This document shows, piece by piece, positions 30,881-40,723 of a stretch of DNA of 64,000 nt. The DNA is from Dehalococcoidia bacterium (GTDB lineage Bacteria > Chloroflexota > Dehalococcoidia > Bin125), in assembly GCA_963663235.2 (NCBI GenBank), contig CAXXNO010000012.1:407333-471332 (forward strand), read 5' to 3'. The stretch's first letter is position 1. Each line of letters begins with the position of its first letter. Under the pieces are notes generated by a model that had not been told where the DNA came from, searched no databases, and saw only the letters and a program-made list of their open reading frames with translations. A program made the translations under genes and the position numbers.

Positions 30881-30913
30881 ACCAACCCGGGTGCGCTTTG
30901 CACCCGGGTTGGT
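30881..30913. terminator. Perfect 14-bp inverted repeat abutting the SRPBCC stop codon
   Basis: ACCAACCCGGGTGC-GCTTT-GCACCCGGGTTGGT. Confidence 0.6.
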
Positions 30914-31399
30914 TCATTTCCGAGGCTCCTTCGCCGCCAGCGTCTCGGCCCGGCGCGCCCAGGCTTCGATCTGGCGCTGGCCCGTCGCGCGCAAGCGAAC
31001 GATCCGGAACACGGCGCGGGCGAGCAGCATGACGAGTGCGGGCCCGGTAAATGTATACGCGTCGTGAAGCTCGCAGCCAGCCGCCACCGGACGCACGATC
31101 CAGGAGTGGCGGCCGGTCACGAAGAGGTAGCGCGCCTCCCACGTGAGACGCTCACCTTCGATCCGGTCCAGAATCGTAAGCCGGAAGCGTGGGACGAACG
31201 GGCCCCGCCGAACCCGCTCCTCCCAGAGAGAACCTGGGACTGCGCCGCCACCCTGTTCGTCTGCCGACGGACGATCCAACCGTCGCACCGAGACGACATG
31301 GGGGTACCACTCCGGCCAGCGTGGCAGATCCATGAGTACGGCCCACGCCGCTGGCGCCGGAGCGTAGCAGGAAGTCACGTGTCGAATGTCGATTCGCAT
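30914..31399 (-). CDS. SRPBCC / polyketide cyclase-like protein
   Basis: APAPAAWAVLMDLPRWPEWYPHV...RLTWE...FTGP; SD GGAG. Confidence 0.8.
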   Translation of the reverse strand: MRIDIRHVTSCYAPAPAAWAVLMDLPRWPEWYPHVVSVRRLDRPSADEQGGGAVPGSLWEERVRRGPFVPRFRLTILDRIEGERLTWEARYLFVTGRHSWIVRPVAAGCELHDAYTFTGPALVMLLARAVFRIVRLRATGQRQIEAWARRAETLAAKEPRK

Positions 31400-31491
31400 C
31401 GGCGCTCCACGCGACGATAGGACCATCGCCGGTCGATGCAAGCGAATACACGCCAATAGACGCATCGACGGCTCCGGCTCATACTCCGCCC

Positions 31492-32334
31492 ATGCGACCC
31501 GATCCCCTCGCCGCGTTCCCGGCGCGTTCCGCATCCGCAGTGCCCGCCGTGACCGGCGCACAAATGCGCGAGGTCGATCGGCTGGCGATGCAGGACGCGG
31601 GCCTCTCTCTGCCACAGATGATGGAGAGCGCGGGGCGCGCGTTGGCGTCGCTGGTTCGCCACTATCTCATCGACGCCTCCACGACCGCGGAGAGCAACGT
31701 GGCCGGCGACACCGCCGACTCGGGCGCTGCCCCGCCAGCCGGGCCCGTCTTGGTCCTCGCTGGCAGAGGAGGCAATGGCGGCGGCGCTCTGGCGGCAGCG
31801 CGTCACCTGCGCAACTGGGGCTATGCGGTCCAAATCACGCTCAGCGCGCCGCCGGGCAACCTGGACGAAGCCGCGGCCGGCCAACTGCACATCCTGCATA
31901 AGGACGGGTTGCGCGCCCTCTGGCCTGCCTCACCGGAATTTGACGATCGCTTCCCCCGAGAGCTGGAGACCGCCGCCGTGGTGGTGGACGGCCTGGTGGG
32001 CTACAGCCTGCGCGGATCGTTGGAGGGCGATGTCGCCCTCCTGGTGGAGGCGGTGCTCGACCGCGCGCCGCCCGTCGTGACGTCCCTGGACATCCCCAGC
32101 GGCTTCGACGCGACCACCGGCGCCGTCTCAGCCACGGGCATCGTGGCGACGGCCACACTCACCCTGGCGCTGCCCAAGTCGGGCCTGTTCAAAAGCGACG
32201 CCAGCGCGGCCGGCGGTGAACTCCTGCTGGCCGATATCGGCATCCCGAATTACATCTACGAGCGCCTGGGGATCGAGGGAGTGCGGGGTATCTTCGCCGA
32301 GGGACCGATTGTGCGGCTGCACTGGACCTACTAG
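31492..32334 (+). CDS. nnrE: NAD(P)H-hydrate epimerase (stand-alone YjeF_N)
   Basis: QMREVD, MMESAG, GNGGG, VVDGLVG, SLDIPSG, LADIGIP. Confidence 0.85.
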   Translation: MRPDPLAAFPARSASAVPAVTGAQMREVDRLAMQDAGLSLPQMMESAGRALASLVRHYLIDASTTAESNVAGDTADSGAAPPAGPVLVLAGRGGNGGGALAAARHLRNWGYAVQITLSAPPGNLDEAAAGQLHILHKDGLRALWPASPEFDDRFPRELETAAVVVDGLVGYSLRGSLEGDVALLVEAVLDRAPPVVTSLDIPSGFDATTGAVSATGIVATATLTLALPKSGLFKSDASAAGGELLLADIGIPNYIYERLGIEGVRGIFAEGPIVRLHWTY

Positions 32335-32346
32335 CGCGACTATCGA

Positions 32347-33093
32347 TCAGCGCGTCCTCGCACCCTTGCGGCGCGGCGGTTCGACCCAGCACACGATCTG
32401 CGCCTCGCGAGCACCGCTGTCGGCGCGGACGGCGTGGCAGCGCCGACGCATGGGACAGCGAGTGCAGTCGGGGTTGCGGGCCGTGCAGATTTGCGCCCCG
32501 AAGTCCATCAACCCCTGATTGATGCTCCATCCGTCGCCGCGTGGCAGGATAGCGGCGGCCAGAGCCCACAGCCGCCGGCGACGCCGGGCGGCGGGCTCGC
32601 CGTCCGGCAACGCCCCAGCGAACCAGCGCTCCAGCACGCGCGCCACGTTCGTATCGAGGATTGGCGACGGCACGCCGTAGGCGAAGGTCATCACCGCCCC
32701 CGCCGTGTAGCGCCCCACACCTGGGAGTGCCATGAGTTCATCATTCGTGGCCGGCAGCTCTCCGGCGCGATACGCAACCGTCGAGTCGGCGATGCGTTTG
32801 ATCCATGTCCCCCGCACCTTGTAGCCAAGCGGGTCCGTGATCGCCTTGACGTCATGCAGCGGCGCCTCCGCAACGTGATGGATCGTGGGAAAGCGATCCA
32901 GGAACTCTTGGTAGACCTCCGTGACTCGCGGGACTTGCGTCTGGTGGAGCATGATCTCGGAGACGAGGATGCGGTATGGGTCGCGGGTATGTCGCCAGGG
33001 CAGATCGCGGCCGTGGGCACGAAACCAGCGCCGCAGATTGCCACGGTAGTAGCGCAGCCGGACCGGATCGATGCGTGCCTCCAACGGTCGCAC
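32347..33093 (-). CDS. mutY: A/G-specific adenine glycosylase, MutY-like, catalytic domain only
   Basis: RDLPWR..DPY.ILVSEIMLHQT, LPGVGRYTA HhH, DTNVARV, CTARNPDCTRCPMRRRC Fe-S motif; 248 aa. Confidence 0.8.
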   Translation of the reverse strand: MRPLEARIDPVRLRYYRGNLRRWFRAHGRDLPWRHTRDPYRILVSEIMLHQTQVPRVTEVYQEFLDRFPTIHHVAEAPLHDVKAITDPLGYKVRGTWIKRIADSTVAYRAGELPATNDELMALPGVGRYTAGAVMTFAYGVPSPILDTNVARVLERWFAGALPDGEPAARRRRRLWALAAAILPRGDGWSINQGLMDFGAQICTARNPDCTRCPMRRRCHAVRADSGAREAQIVCWVEPPRRKGARTR

Positions 33094-33316
33094 CTCCGGT
33101 GGGGATCCTAGCCACGGTCAAGGCCTTGCCGCCATCGAGCGCCGGCGTGGCAGCCCCCTCGGCGTAGGGCGGCAAGGGCGCCGCGATCGGCCGCGGCGAG
33201 ATCGCTCCCCTCGCCGAACGGGGCGATCCCCTAGACTTTTCGCGCATGACCGTCCGCCCGCCGCTCACAGTCTGTGAACGACGCCCGCCGGCGCCGGCCG
33301 GCCGACGGCGGGAGCG

Positions 33317-34378
33317 ATGATCTGGATCGCCGTCGCGCTGGCAGCCGCCGCTGTCTGGGCGCTCTCCAGCACGCTGCTCGCCTCGCAGACAAAACAAGTT
33401 GACACGATCTCTATCAGCGCCCTGCGGGCGTTCTGGGCAATCCCATTCTTCGTGGCTGCGCTGTTCGCCTTCGGGGCCCAGAGCGATATCGCCAAGATGA
33501 GCCTCGGCGACATCCTGCAAATCTTCGGCCAAGGTGTGGTGGGCCCCACATTGGGTGACACGCTCTACGTCGCCGCGATCGCCATGCTGGGGATGACGCG
33601 GGCGTTCACTACCGTCATGGGGCTGTATGGCCTGATGGCCTACGTTTGGGCGGCGATCTTCCTGGGCGAGTCGGTCTCCTGGGAGGTCGCGGCTGGATCA
33701 GTCTTGGTGATCACGGGCGTGTACCTGGTGGCGCTTTACGGCCGGCCGCGAGGCACCACGGCCCCCGAGCCGACCCGCCGTTGGGCGTGGGCTCGCCGGC
33801 GCAAGCCGTCCAGCATCGCGGGGGGCAGCGGCGCCGAAAAGGGGCGCATAGCGGCGCGCTCCACGCACGCGGCTCCATCAGAGTCCCGCAGTCCTCCGCC
33901 TCCTCAGCGCGATGCGATTCCTCTGCCGTGGGGCGGCTCGCTCCGGCCGCGCGTCGGCCTGGGCATCGCGGCGGCGCTCTTGGTCGGCCTGCTCTGGTCG
34001 GGATCGTCCGTGTGGCTGCGCAGCATCTCCGACGGGGTCGATGCGTCGGCGGTGGGGATGGTGCGCGTGCCGTTCATCGCGATGATCTTGCTCGGTGCGT
34101 CATGGTTCGTCCGCGGCTCCACGCTTCGGCGGAACAGGATCTCGCTGCGCAGCCACTGGGTCTTAGCGCTGTCCGGCATCATCGGCACCGGCCTCACGAC
34201 GCTCTTGTTCATCCTAGCCATACAAGAGATCGGCGCGGGCCAGACCGTCGTCTTGTTCTCCACATCACCACTGTTTGCGCTGCCGATGGGATTCTTCTTC
34301 CTGCGGGAGAAGATCACCATCTGGGTGGTCGTGGGCACAGTCGTCGCCGTGGCCGGCATCATTCTGCTGGCCGCCTAG
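33317..34378 (+). CDS. DMT/EamA-family transporter
   Basis: Two EamA halves (IFLGE; FFFLREKI) with a long hydrophilic linker. Confidence 0.88.
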   Translation: MIWIAVALAAAAVWALSSTLLASQTKQVDTISISALRAFWAIPFFVAALFAFGAQSDIAKMSLGDILQIFGQGVVGPTLGDTLYVAAIAMLGMTRAFTTVMGLYGLMAYVWAAIFLGESVSWEVAAGSVLVITGVYLVALYGRPRGTTAPEPTRRWAWARRRKPSSIAGGSGAEKGRIAARSTHAAPSESRSPPPPQRDAIPLPWGGSLRPRVGLGIAAALLVGLLWSGSSVWLRSISDGVDASAVGMVRVPFIAMILLGASWFVRGSTLRRNRISLRSHWVLALSGIIGTGLTTLLFILAIQEIGAGQTVVLFSTSPLFALPMGFFFLREKITIWVVVGTVVAVAGIILLAA

Positions 34379-34524
34379 CCACCAGAAGCGCGGGGGCGTC
34401 CCCTGCATCTGATCACGGGCACTCAACCGGCGACTCGCTTGCCGAGCGGAGACCTGCGCGCCGATGAAGCCCACGCTACCCCCGATCGGGGTACGCACGC
34501 ATGGCCCCGCTTCCCCGTTTCGGC

Positions 34525-35487
34525 TCAGGCGCCGATCGTGATACCGAGCAACGCGGCTCTCACGCCACAAAGAGCCACGAGTGTAAGCAAGAGACGGTCT
34601 CGCATGAACACGCCGACCGGATCGCCCCCACCACCACGGCGCAAAATCTGGAGATAACGCGCGAGGCCAAACGCCATGAACGGCGGAATCGCGTAGAGCA
34701 CCCCTCCGACCGGAGCACCCTCATCACCAGACCACTGCACGGTCAGCGCGGTCCAAGCAGCGAGCGCACCGATCGCCCCCATCAGCACGAGGAGATCCAG
34801 CGCGCGCGGGCGATAGCATCGAAGGACGCCGCGATGTGCAACGGCCTGAGAGCCGAGCGTCATCAGTTCCGCCCGTCGCTTCCCTGCGACCAGCACGAGG
34901 GCCGCCAGGAGCACGCTGAGATCCAGCCACAGCGGGATCTCCACCCCGCCCGCCTCAGCGCCGGCGCGCAGGCGGAACGCGAAGCCCACGGCCACAATCC
35001 CTAGCTCCAGGTAGGGCACACGTTTCAGGCCAAGTGAGTAGACGAGGGCGATGGCCGCATAGCCGGTGGCCAGAGTCCCGACGGTGTGGTCCAGTGCGAA
35101 CGCCAAGGGCAGCGCGAGTGTCAACAGGACGGCCGCCACCACGAGAGCCAAAAGCGGCGAGAGGCGGCGCGAAGCAATAGGCCGTTGCCGCTTGACGGGA
35201 TGCACGCGATCGCCGGGAGCATCGATGACGTCGTTCACCAGATACAGCGCGCCGGCGACCAACGAGAACAGGCCGGCGGCGGCGGCCACGTGTAGCACCG
35301 GTCGAGTCCAGGTGCCCGGGTCGAACAGGGACCAGGCAACGCCGAGTGTCAAAACCGATGGCACAAAGAGCAGCACATTCTTCAGCCACTGGGAGGGACG
35401 CAGGGCCCGCACCAGCGGGCGTCCCATGTCCGCGCGCAGGGAGACGCTCGGACGCTCGACAATCCTGGCGCTCTCGTAGGAGGTCAT
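34525..35487 (-). CDS. Decaprenyl-phosphate phosphoribosyltransferase-like UbiA-family protein
   Basis: LRPSQWLKN, YLVNDVID..DRVHPVKRQRPIAS, YSLGLK, GFAFR, KRRAE, typical of the DPPR-synthase subfamily. Confidence 0.85.
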   Translation of the reverse strand: MTSYESARIVERPSVSLRADMGRPLVRALRPSQWLKNVLLFVPSVLTLGVAWSLFDPGTWTRPVLHVAAAAGLFSLVAGALYLVNDVIDAPGDRVHPVKRQRPIASRRLSPLLALVVAAVLLTLALPLAFALDHTVGTLATGYAAIALVYSLGLKRVPYLELGIVAVGFAFRLRAGAEAGGVEIPLWLDLSVLLAALVLVAGKRRAELMTLGSQAVAHRGVLRCYRPRALDLLVLMGAIGALAAWTALTVQWSGDEGAPVGGVLYAIPPFMAFGLARYLQILRRGGGGDPVGVFMRDRLLLTLVALCGVRAALLGITIGA

Positions 35488-37160
35488 TGCTCCGGAGGCC
35501 CGCGCTTGAGCCGGAACAGCTTCCAGTCTGGGCCCGTCCCCGGGAAGTCCAGCACCTTCACGGCGCGCCCGTTCAATTCCGGATAGATGTTCGGGTTCGC
35601 CTGGTGGATGGCATTGAATTCATCGGCGCCGACAGGATTTGGGAGCAATACCCAGTCCGCGAACTCCCACGGCTCCTCTACGGCATCCGCATAACCGGAG
35701 TGCGTGTAGTCAAAGACTGTGTCGCCCTCAAGACCGTAGCGAACTGCGAAGCCCGATCCAACGTAGTCCAGTAACACCCGCTCTCCGTCAGGGACCAATT
35801 GCTCGATCGTCTCCCCCACGGCCTTCCCTTCGGCCAGCGCGCGATCCGGTACCCGTTCACCTCGGAGCGCATCCCAGACGGTGGCCTCGACCTCCGTACG
35901 TCCGGACTCGCCCAGCGTGATCGCCCCGATCAGAGCGCCGAAGGCCAAAAGGACCAAGAGCATGCCCGCAGCCACAGGTCGAACGACATGCTGCCAGCGG
36001 TTCGGCCGCGGGAAGGCGATGAAGATGTACAGCATGGCGGGAAACGAGAGCGGAATCACCAGCGTGTACGGCCGAATCACCTCAACGCCGAACCCAGCGG
36101 CGAGCAGGACCGCTTGGGTGGCCGGCACCGTGATCACCAGGAGGCCCAAGCCCGCCCCCATGACCGAACGTCGCAAGATCCCGACGCCCAGCGCCCCGAG
36201 GCCAGCGATGATGGCGGTCGGGAACGCGATCATGGTGAGCCAGGAGGCCAGGCGGATGCCGCCGATGGCGCCCAAGGCGTCTTTCTCCGGCGCCAGCGTC
36301 AGCAGACCTTGGTCGCCATAGAGGAACCACAGCCCGTGGTCCTTGATCAGCCAACTCGCGACGATCCACAGCAGCATCGGGTAGAGCGCCGCCGCCAGAA
36401 ACGCGAGAACGACACCAAACCCTCGCGACGCACGAGTGAAATCGTCCGGCCAGCGAGGGGCCGGCTCCTGCCACACGGACCGGATCAACACCAGCGCCGC
36501 GGCCACCAGGGCTACGATCATCAGTTCATAGCGAGTAACGGTGGCAAGACCCAGCCAGATGCCGGCGAACACGACATCAGAGAGCTGACCGTCCCGGTTG
36601 TACTTCAGCAGACGATAGGCACCTCCGGCGAGGAACGCATAGGCGATCGGTTCACTCACGCTCACCATGGCCATCGCGACGACAACCGGGTTGAGGATGA
36701 AGAGCGCGGTGAACGCGATCCGCATTTGCCAGCCGAAGCCCAGCAGTGCGCAGGAACGCCAAATATGGAATGAGGCTAGCGCCATGAACACCGACGAGAC
36801 GATGCCAACGGCATAGAAGCTGGTGAAGAGCGGCTTGATCGCCGCGAACGGAATGAGAACGAGAGTGGGGATGGGCGGCAGGAGGAACCCAATGGACGCG
36901 AGCCGGCGCTCTTCACCGTGCGTGACGAGGTGTGCGCTCAGCAAACGGATTACCGAGTCGTCGCCGCGCAGTTCGCGATCGAAGATCAACCAGGCGGACA
37001 GCGAGAGAAACAGGATCAGGACCAGGGCCGGGATGACCCAGGCCTCATTCCGCGCGATCCACGTATCACGGCTGCCGACGGCGGCGCGCCAGCGAGCCTC
37101 TGGCAACACGCGAGGGAGCGGGCGAGGCGGCGCTGAGCCGAGGCGACGCTCCACGCTCAT
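35484..37160 (-). CDS. GT-C fold membrane glycosyltransferase (family 39-like)
   Basis: GD..R loop, IGFLLPPIP, LNP, SEP, TRYE; many TM helices and a C-terminal extracytoplasmic domain. Confidence 0.75.
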   Translation of the reverse strand: MSVERRLGSAPPRPLPRVLPEARWRAAVGSRDTWIARNEAWVIPALVLILFLSLSAWLIFDRELRGDDSVIRLLSAHLVTHGEERRLASIGFLLPPIPTLVLIPFAAIKPLFTSFYAVGIVSSVFMALASFHIWRSCALLGFGWQMRIAFTALFILNPVVVAMAMVSVSEPIAYAFLAGGAYRLLKYNRDGQLSDVVFAGIWLGLATVTRYELMIVALVAAALVLIRSVWQEPAPRWPDDFTRASRGFGVVLAFLAAALYPMLLWIVASWLIKDHGLWFLYGDQGLLTLAPEKDALGAIGGIRLASWLTMIAFPTAIIAGLGALGVGILRRSVMGAGLGLLVITVPATQAVLLAAGFGVEVIRPYTLVIPLSFPAMLYIFIAFPRPNRWQHVVRPVAAGMLLVLLAFGALIGAITLGESGRTEVEATVWDALRGERVPDRALAEGKAVGETIEQLVPDGERVLLDYVGSGFAVRYGLEGDTVFDYTHSGYADAVEEPWEFADWVLLPNPVGADEFNAIHQANPNIYPELNGRAVKVLDFPGTGPDWKLFRLKRGPPEQ

Positions 37161-37236
37161 GGCTGGCGCACCGGTAGCGCATTATCGCGATGGGATTGGA
37201 GGCCCGCCCAGAGCGGCAGGCCGGGCCGCAGCGACC

Positions 37237-37461
37237 TCAGGCGACCTCGGAACCCCTTGGAGGTATCGACGACGGTCGCGGCCGGCCGCGATGGAGCCAG
37301 TATCGCTTCCGATCGGTGCGCACGACGAGAAGCGTGATGAGGCCGATCGGACCCCAGATGCCGCCAAGGAGTGCGCCGACGATCGGCGAATCGCCCAGCC
37401 GCCAAGCCAGCAACAGGCCCATTACAGCGGATACTAGCGGGATCACAACAACGAACAGCAT
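37237..37461 (-). CDS. Small two-TM membrane protein
   Basis: MLFVVVIPLVSAVMGLLLAW...GALLGGIWGPIGLITLL; SD GAGGG. Confidence 0.55.
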   Translation of the reverse strand: MLFVVVIPLVSAVMGLLLAWRLGDSPIVGALLGGIWGPIGLITLLVVRTDRKRYWLHRGRPRPSSIPPRGSEVA

Positions 37462-37550
37462 GGCGTCCCTCGCGTCCTGGGATAAGCATTCTATTCCATT
37501 CCATCTGGCCGGCCAATCGCTCGCTCCGAACGAGCAGCGCCGCGTATCCC

Positions 37551-37918
37551 TTACGCGGCGGACGCATTGCGGGTCAGCAGGGCCACCCCCCCGGCGATGA
37601 TTGCGATTGCCAGCCAGCGGGTCGGCGGCACCCGCTCGCCCAGGGCCCAGGCGGACAGGATGACGACCGCGACGTAACCCAGGGCCAGCATCGGATAAGC
37701 CACGTTGAGGGGAGCCCCGATAGCACCCAGAGCCACAAGACGAGCGAGAGGCCGTACGCCGCAAGGCCGCCCCAGATCATCGGCGCTGTCAGCGCATCCA
37801 CGACCACATCCATGGGGGCGCGTCCATCGCCATCACCGACGCCCTGTTTGAAGGCCAGTTGCCCGGCCACGCCCAGCCCAATCGATCCGAACAGCGGTAG
37901 CAACCATGCCAACATCAC
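37551..37918 (-). CDS. SMR/ArnEF-like lipid-linked sugar flippase, split by a one-base deletion at about 37710
   Basis: GQLAFKQG...WLWVLSGLP joins LNVAYPMLALGYV...LGE when one C is added to a C4 run. Confidence 0.78.
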
Positions 37919-39705
37919 ACACCCCCTGCGCGATCCAGCTCCGAGGCAAGCGCGCCTGCCACTTCCGAGCGGCCGTCTGACGGCACATCGTCCGCGTCGG
38001 ACGGCCCGATGACGCGGAACAGCCGATGCTGGGAGCCGCTCTCCGGGAAGTCGGCCACCAACTCCACGAAGCCTTCACTCCCCTCGTAAAGGTCGGGATA
38101 GATGCGATAGATCAAGTTGCGGTCCGGCTCATTGATCTTGGACGCGCCCACCAGGATGTAGGTCACGCCACTGCTGTAAGGCCGGTGCACGAGATCGTCG
38201 TAATCGCGGTCCGTATTGATCACCACCCGATCGCGGTGTTCGATGTCGAACAGCAACAGAATCGTCTGGGTGGCGTCCACAAGGAGCAGATCGTCCGGCT
38301 GGAGAACGTCGTTGATGAGACCGGCCACGGGAGCGTTGTCGTCCCGCCAAGAGACCGCGGATTTGCTGAACAGCCCGTTGCTCGGCTGGCCATCCGTGTA
38401 GAGGCCGTTGTCCGCCATGGAGAACGCAATGGTTGCGGCTGAACCGATTACCACCGCACCGAGCCCGGCGGCGCTGAGCCATTGCTGCCGCGCGTGCGAT
38501 CGCGCTGTCCAGACCAGGTAGGCCAGCACCACGAGCCCGAGTGGAGTCGCATGGTTCCAGTTGCGGAGATAAGGCGGAAGCGTCCCTGTGTAGGTCTGGG
38601 CCGCCTGCGCGACCGGCACAGACAAGCTGAGTGCGAGCAGCGCAAGCGCCATGCGGTCATGCCGCGCCACCACCCGCCAGACAAGGAAGGGCACCGCGAT
38701 AAGGAACGGCGCCGCGGCCTGCAGCATCTTCAGGCTTGCCTGCGTGATCGTGCCGAAGACCGAGCCCTGCGCGGCGAAGAAGTCATTAATCGGACCCACG
38801 ATGCGCGCCACATCCAAGGCGTTCGCCGTCGAATAGGCGGAGTTCAGGTAGAAGAAGGGGTCACCCTGGATCTGGTAGTTCAGCCATGTCCACAGCGCGA
38901 CGGCCCACAGCAGCGGGGCCGTCAACGTGACCAAGGAAGCGGCGATAAAGGGCGAGCCCTCGCGGGGCGCGCTGCGGAAATGCACCAGCAGGGCCAGCAC
39001 CGCCGCGAACGCGACCGTCTCGTAGCGCGCCAGAAACGCGAACGCGAGCGACACGCCCGCCACGATGAGCGTGGAGTGGCTCCCTTCGCGCTCCCAGCGC
39101 AGCACTTGGTACAGCGCGAGGAGCACGAAGAAGATCCCCATCACCTGCGTCATGCCGTTGGCGGAGTACAGCCAGATCAGAGGGTTCAGGCTCCAAGCCA
39201 GGAGCCACGCCACCTGCCAGCCGCTGGACAGACCCCAATGGGCCAGCACGCGGCGCATCACCACGAGGGTACCGGCGCCGAAGATCACCGAGACCACGGG
39301 TCCCGCGTACAGGGTGAGCCCAATGGGTGTGAGGATGGGGAGCAGGGCCAGCCTGAGCAGTGTTGGCAGAGGAGGCCAAACGAAGCCGATCGCCCCCAGA
39401 TGGGGATCGCGGCTGCTGAGCACGCTGACGGCATCGAACGTGCGCGTGAGGGAATCGCCGGGCTGCCTCTCCCAGATCTCGACGACAAGCACGGCGAGAG
39501 CCAAGTACGCGGCTAGGGCAACGATGAAGATCCCGACGTCCCCGCGCACGAGCGCCAGCAGACCCGGCCGATCGGCGTCCCCCGAGGCGACGGCCTGAGC
39601 GCCCCGTGCGGCGCGCGTGTACGTGGTCGATTGGACGGCGGCCCGGATCCCTGCCCGAGTGGACGTCACCGAGAGCGCCGGCAGCGGTAGCGGCCTGCGG
39701 TTCAC
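37915..39705 (-). CDS. GT-C fold membrane glycosyltransferase (family 39-like)
   Basis: GDSLTR, SRDPHLGAIGFVWPPLP, LNP...NGM, ARYE; paralogous to 35484-37160. Confidence 0.78.
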   Translation of the reverse strand: MNRRPLPLPALSVTSTRAGIRAAVQSTTYTRAARGAQAVASGDADRPGLLALVRGDVGIFIVALAAYLALAVLVVEIWERQPGDSLTRTFDAVSVLSSRDPHLGAIGFVWPPLPTLLRLALLPILTPIGLTLYAGPVVSVIFGAGTLVVMRRVLAHWGLSSGWQVAWLLAWSLNPLIWLYSANGMTQVMGIFFVLLALYQVLRWEREGSHSTLIVAGVSLAFAFLARYETVAFAAVLALLVHFRSAPREGSPFIAASLVTLTAPLLWAVALWTWLNYQIQGDPFFYLNSAYSTANALDVARIVGPINDFFAAQGSVFGTITQASLKMLQAAAPFLIAVPFLVWRVVARHDRMALALLALSLSVPVAQAAQTYTGTLPPYLRNWNHATPLGLVVLAYLVWTARSHARQQWLSAAGLGAVVIGSAATIAFSMADNGLYTDGQPSNGLFSKSAVSWRDDNAPVAGLINDVLQPDDLLLVDATQTILLLFDIEHRDRVVINTDRDYDDLVHRPYSSGVTYILVGASKINEPDRNLIYRIYPDLYEGSEGFVELVADFPESGSQHRLFRVIGPSDADDVPSDGRSEVAGALASELDRAGGV

Positions 39706-39850
39706 GCTGTCGCGCTCCCCTCATGCACGCGCACGACACCAGACCACCCGGCCCTGATCGCTACCGACGCGCGGCCCCCGCCCGGACACTTGAGCGGAGC
39801 CGACTGCACTACGTTCCGAAGTCTCGTCATGCGACGCACCAACAACGTCC

Positions 39851-40723
39851 CTACTGCGACAACAGCGCCCGGCTCGCAACGCGCATCTGAGACCGCCGGG
39901 CGAATTCCAAGGCCTGCTCGGCCTCGTTGATCAGATCGCCCACGGACACGGCATCTTCCGGAAACTCCGCCAAGCCGATGCGCACGCTGATGGCGAGATC
40001 CTGCTGGAGTCGCTCCACCAACCGCTCGGCGAGAATGCTGGCACCTGCGGACGGCGTCTCCGGGAGGATCAAGGCGAAGGCGGAGGGCGTGTGCTGGATC
40101 ACCTTGTCGGTGGTGCGCAGGATCCCGATCATCACCTCCACGACGCCGCGCAGCACGCGGTTCGCCTCGTCCGGGCCGCGATCCGACACGATCTGCGTCC
40201 AGTTCTCGATCCCCATCAGCATCAACGACAGCGAGTGATGGTAACGCCGAGAGCGCTCGTTCTCTTCGGTCAGCAGTTGCTGGCCGAAGCGGGGCTCCAG
40301 CGCGCCGGTGACAATATCGAAGCGGCTCAATTCACGGATTGCCTGACTCCGCGTGGCCAACTCACCGCGGACGTTCGCGCCGGCTGCGTGATAAGCCCGG
40401 GCCAAGAGCCACGCGCCCACCAGGGTCACAGCCATCACCGCGGCCGGCAGGATGCCGTCGTCCTGGAGGTCCAGGGCGGCCTGATTATCCGCGCGCGCGA
40501 TCATCACGATCGCGAAGGCCACAGCCGCGATCACGGCCGCAATCTCTACCGCGAACAAGACCGGGTGCGTCAGCACGGCGATCACGGCCACTGCCAGGAT
40601 GGCGACACCGAGCACCGCGAACTCGTCCTCATCAGTAACGAGCACCAGCACGCCAGCGCCGACAATTACCCACGCCGCCAAGCAGGCGGCCCAAAACTGT
40701 AAGAGCAGGGTGTACTTAATCAT
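39851..40723 (-). CDS. 4-TM protein with degenerate GGDEF domain (putative c-di-GMP receptor)
   Basis: DIVTG, ERSRRY..LSL, RTTD (RxxD I-site), active-site position reads TPSAF instead of GGDEF, ILPET, GLAEFP; start overlaps the upstream stop. Confidence 0.8.
   Translation of the reverse strand: MIKYTLLLQFWAACLAAWVIVGAGVLVLVTDEDEFAVLGVAILAVAVIAVLTHPVLFAVEIAAVIAAVAFAIVMIARADNQAALDLQDDGILPAAVMAVTLVGAWLLARAYHAAGANVRGELATRSQAIRELSRFDIVTGALEPRFGQQLLTEENERSRRYHHSLSLMLMGIENWTQIVSDRGPDEANRVLRGVVEVMIGILRTTDKVIQHTPSAFALILPETPSAGASILAERLVERLQQDLAISVRIGLAEFPEDAVSVGDLINEAEQALEFARRSQMRVASRALLSQ

Noticed and set aside
30764-31420. ORF as the riboswitch-regulated gene
   Set aside because: ATG directly follows the U-tract with no SD, has no family motifs, and is antisense to SRPBCC
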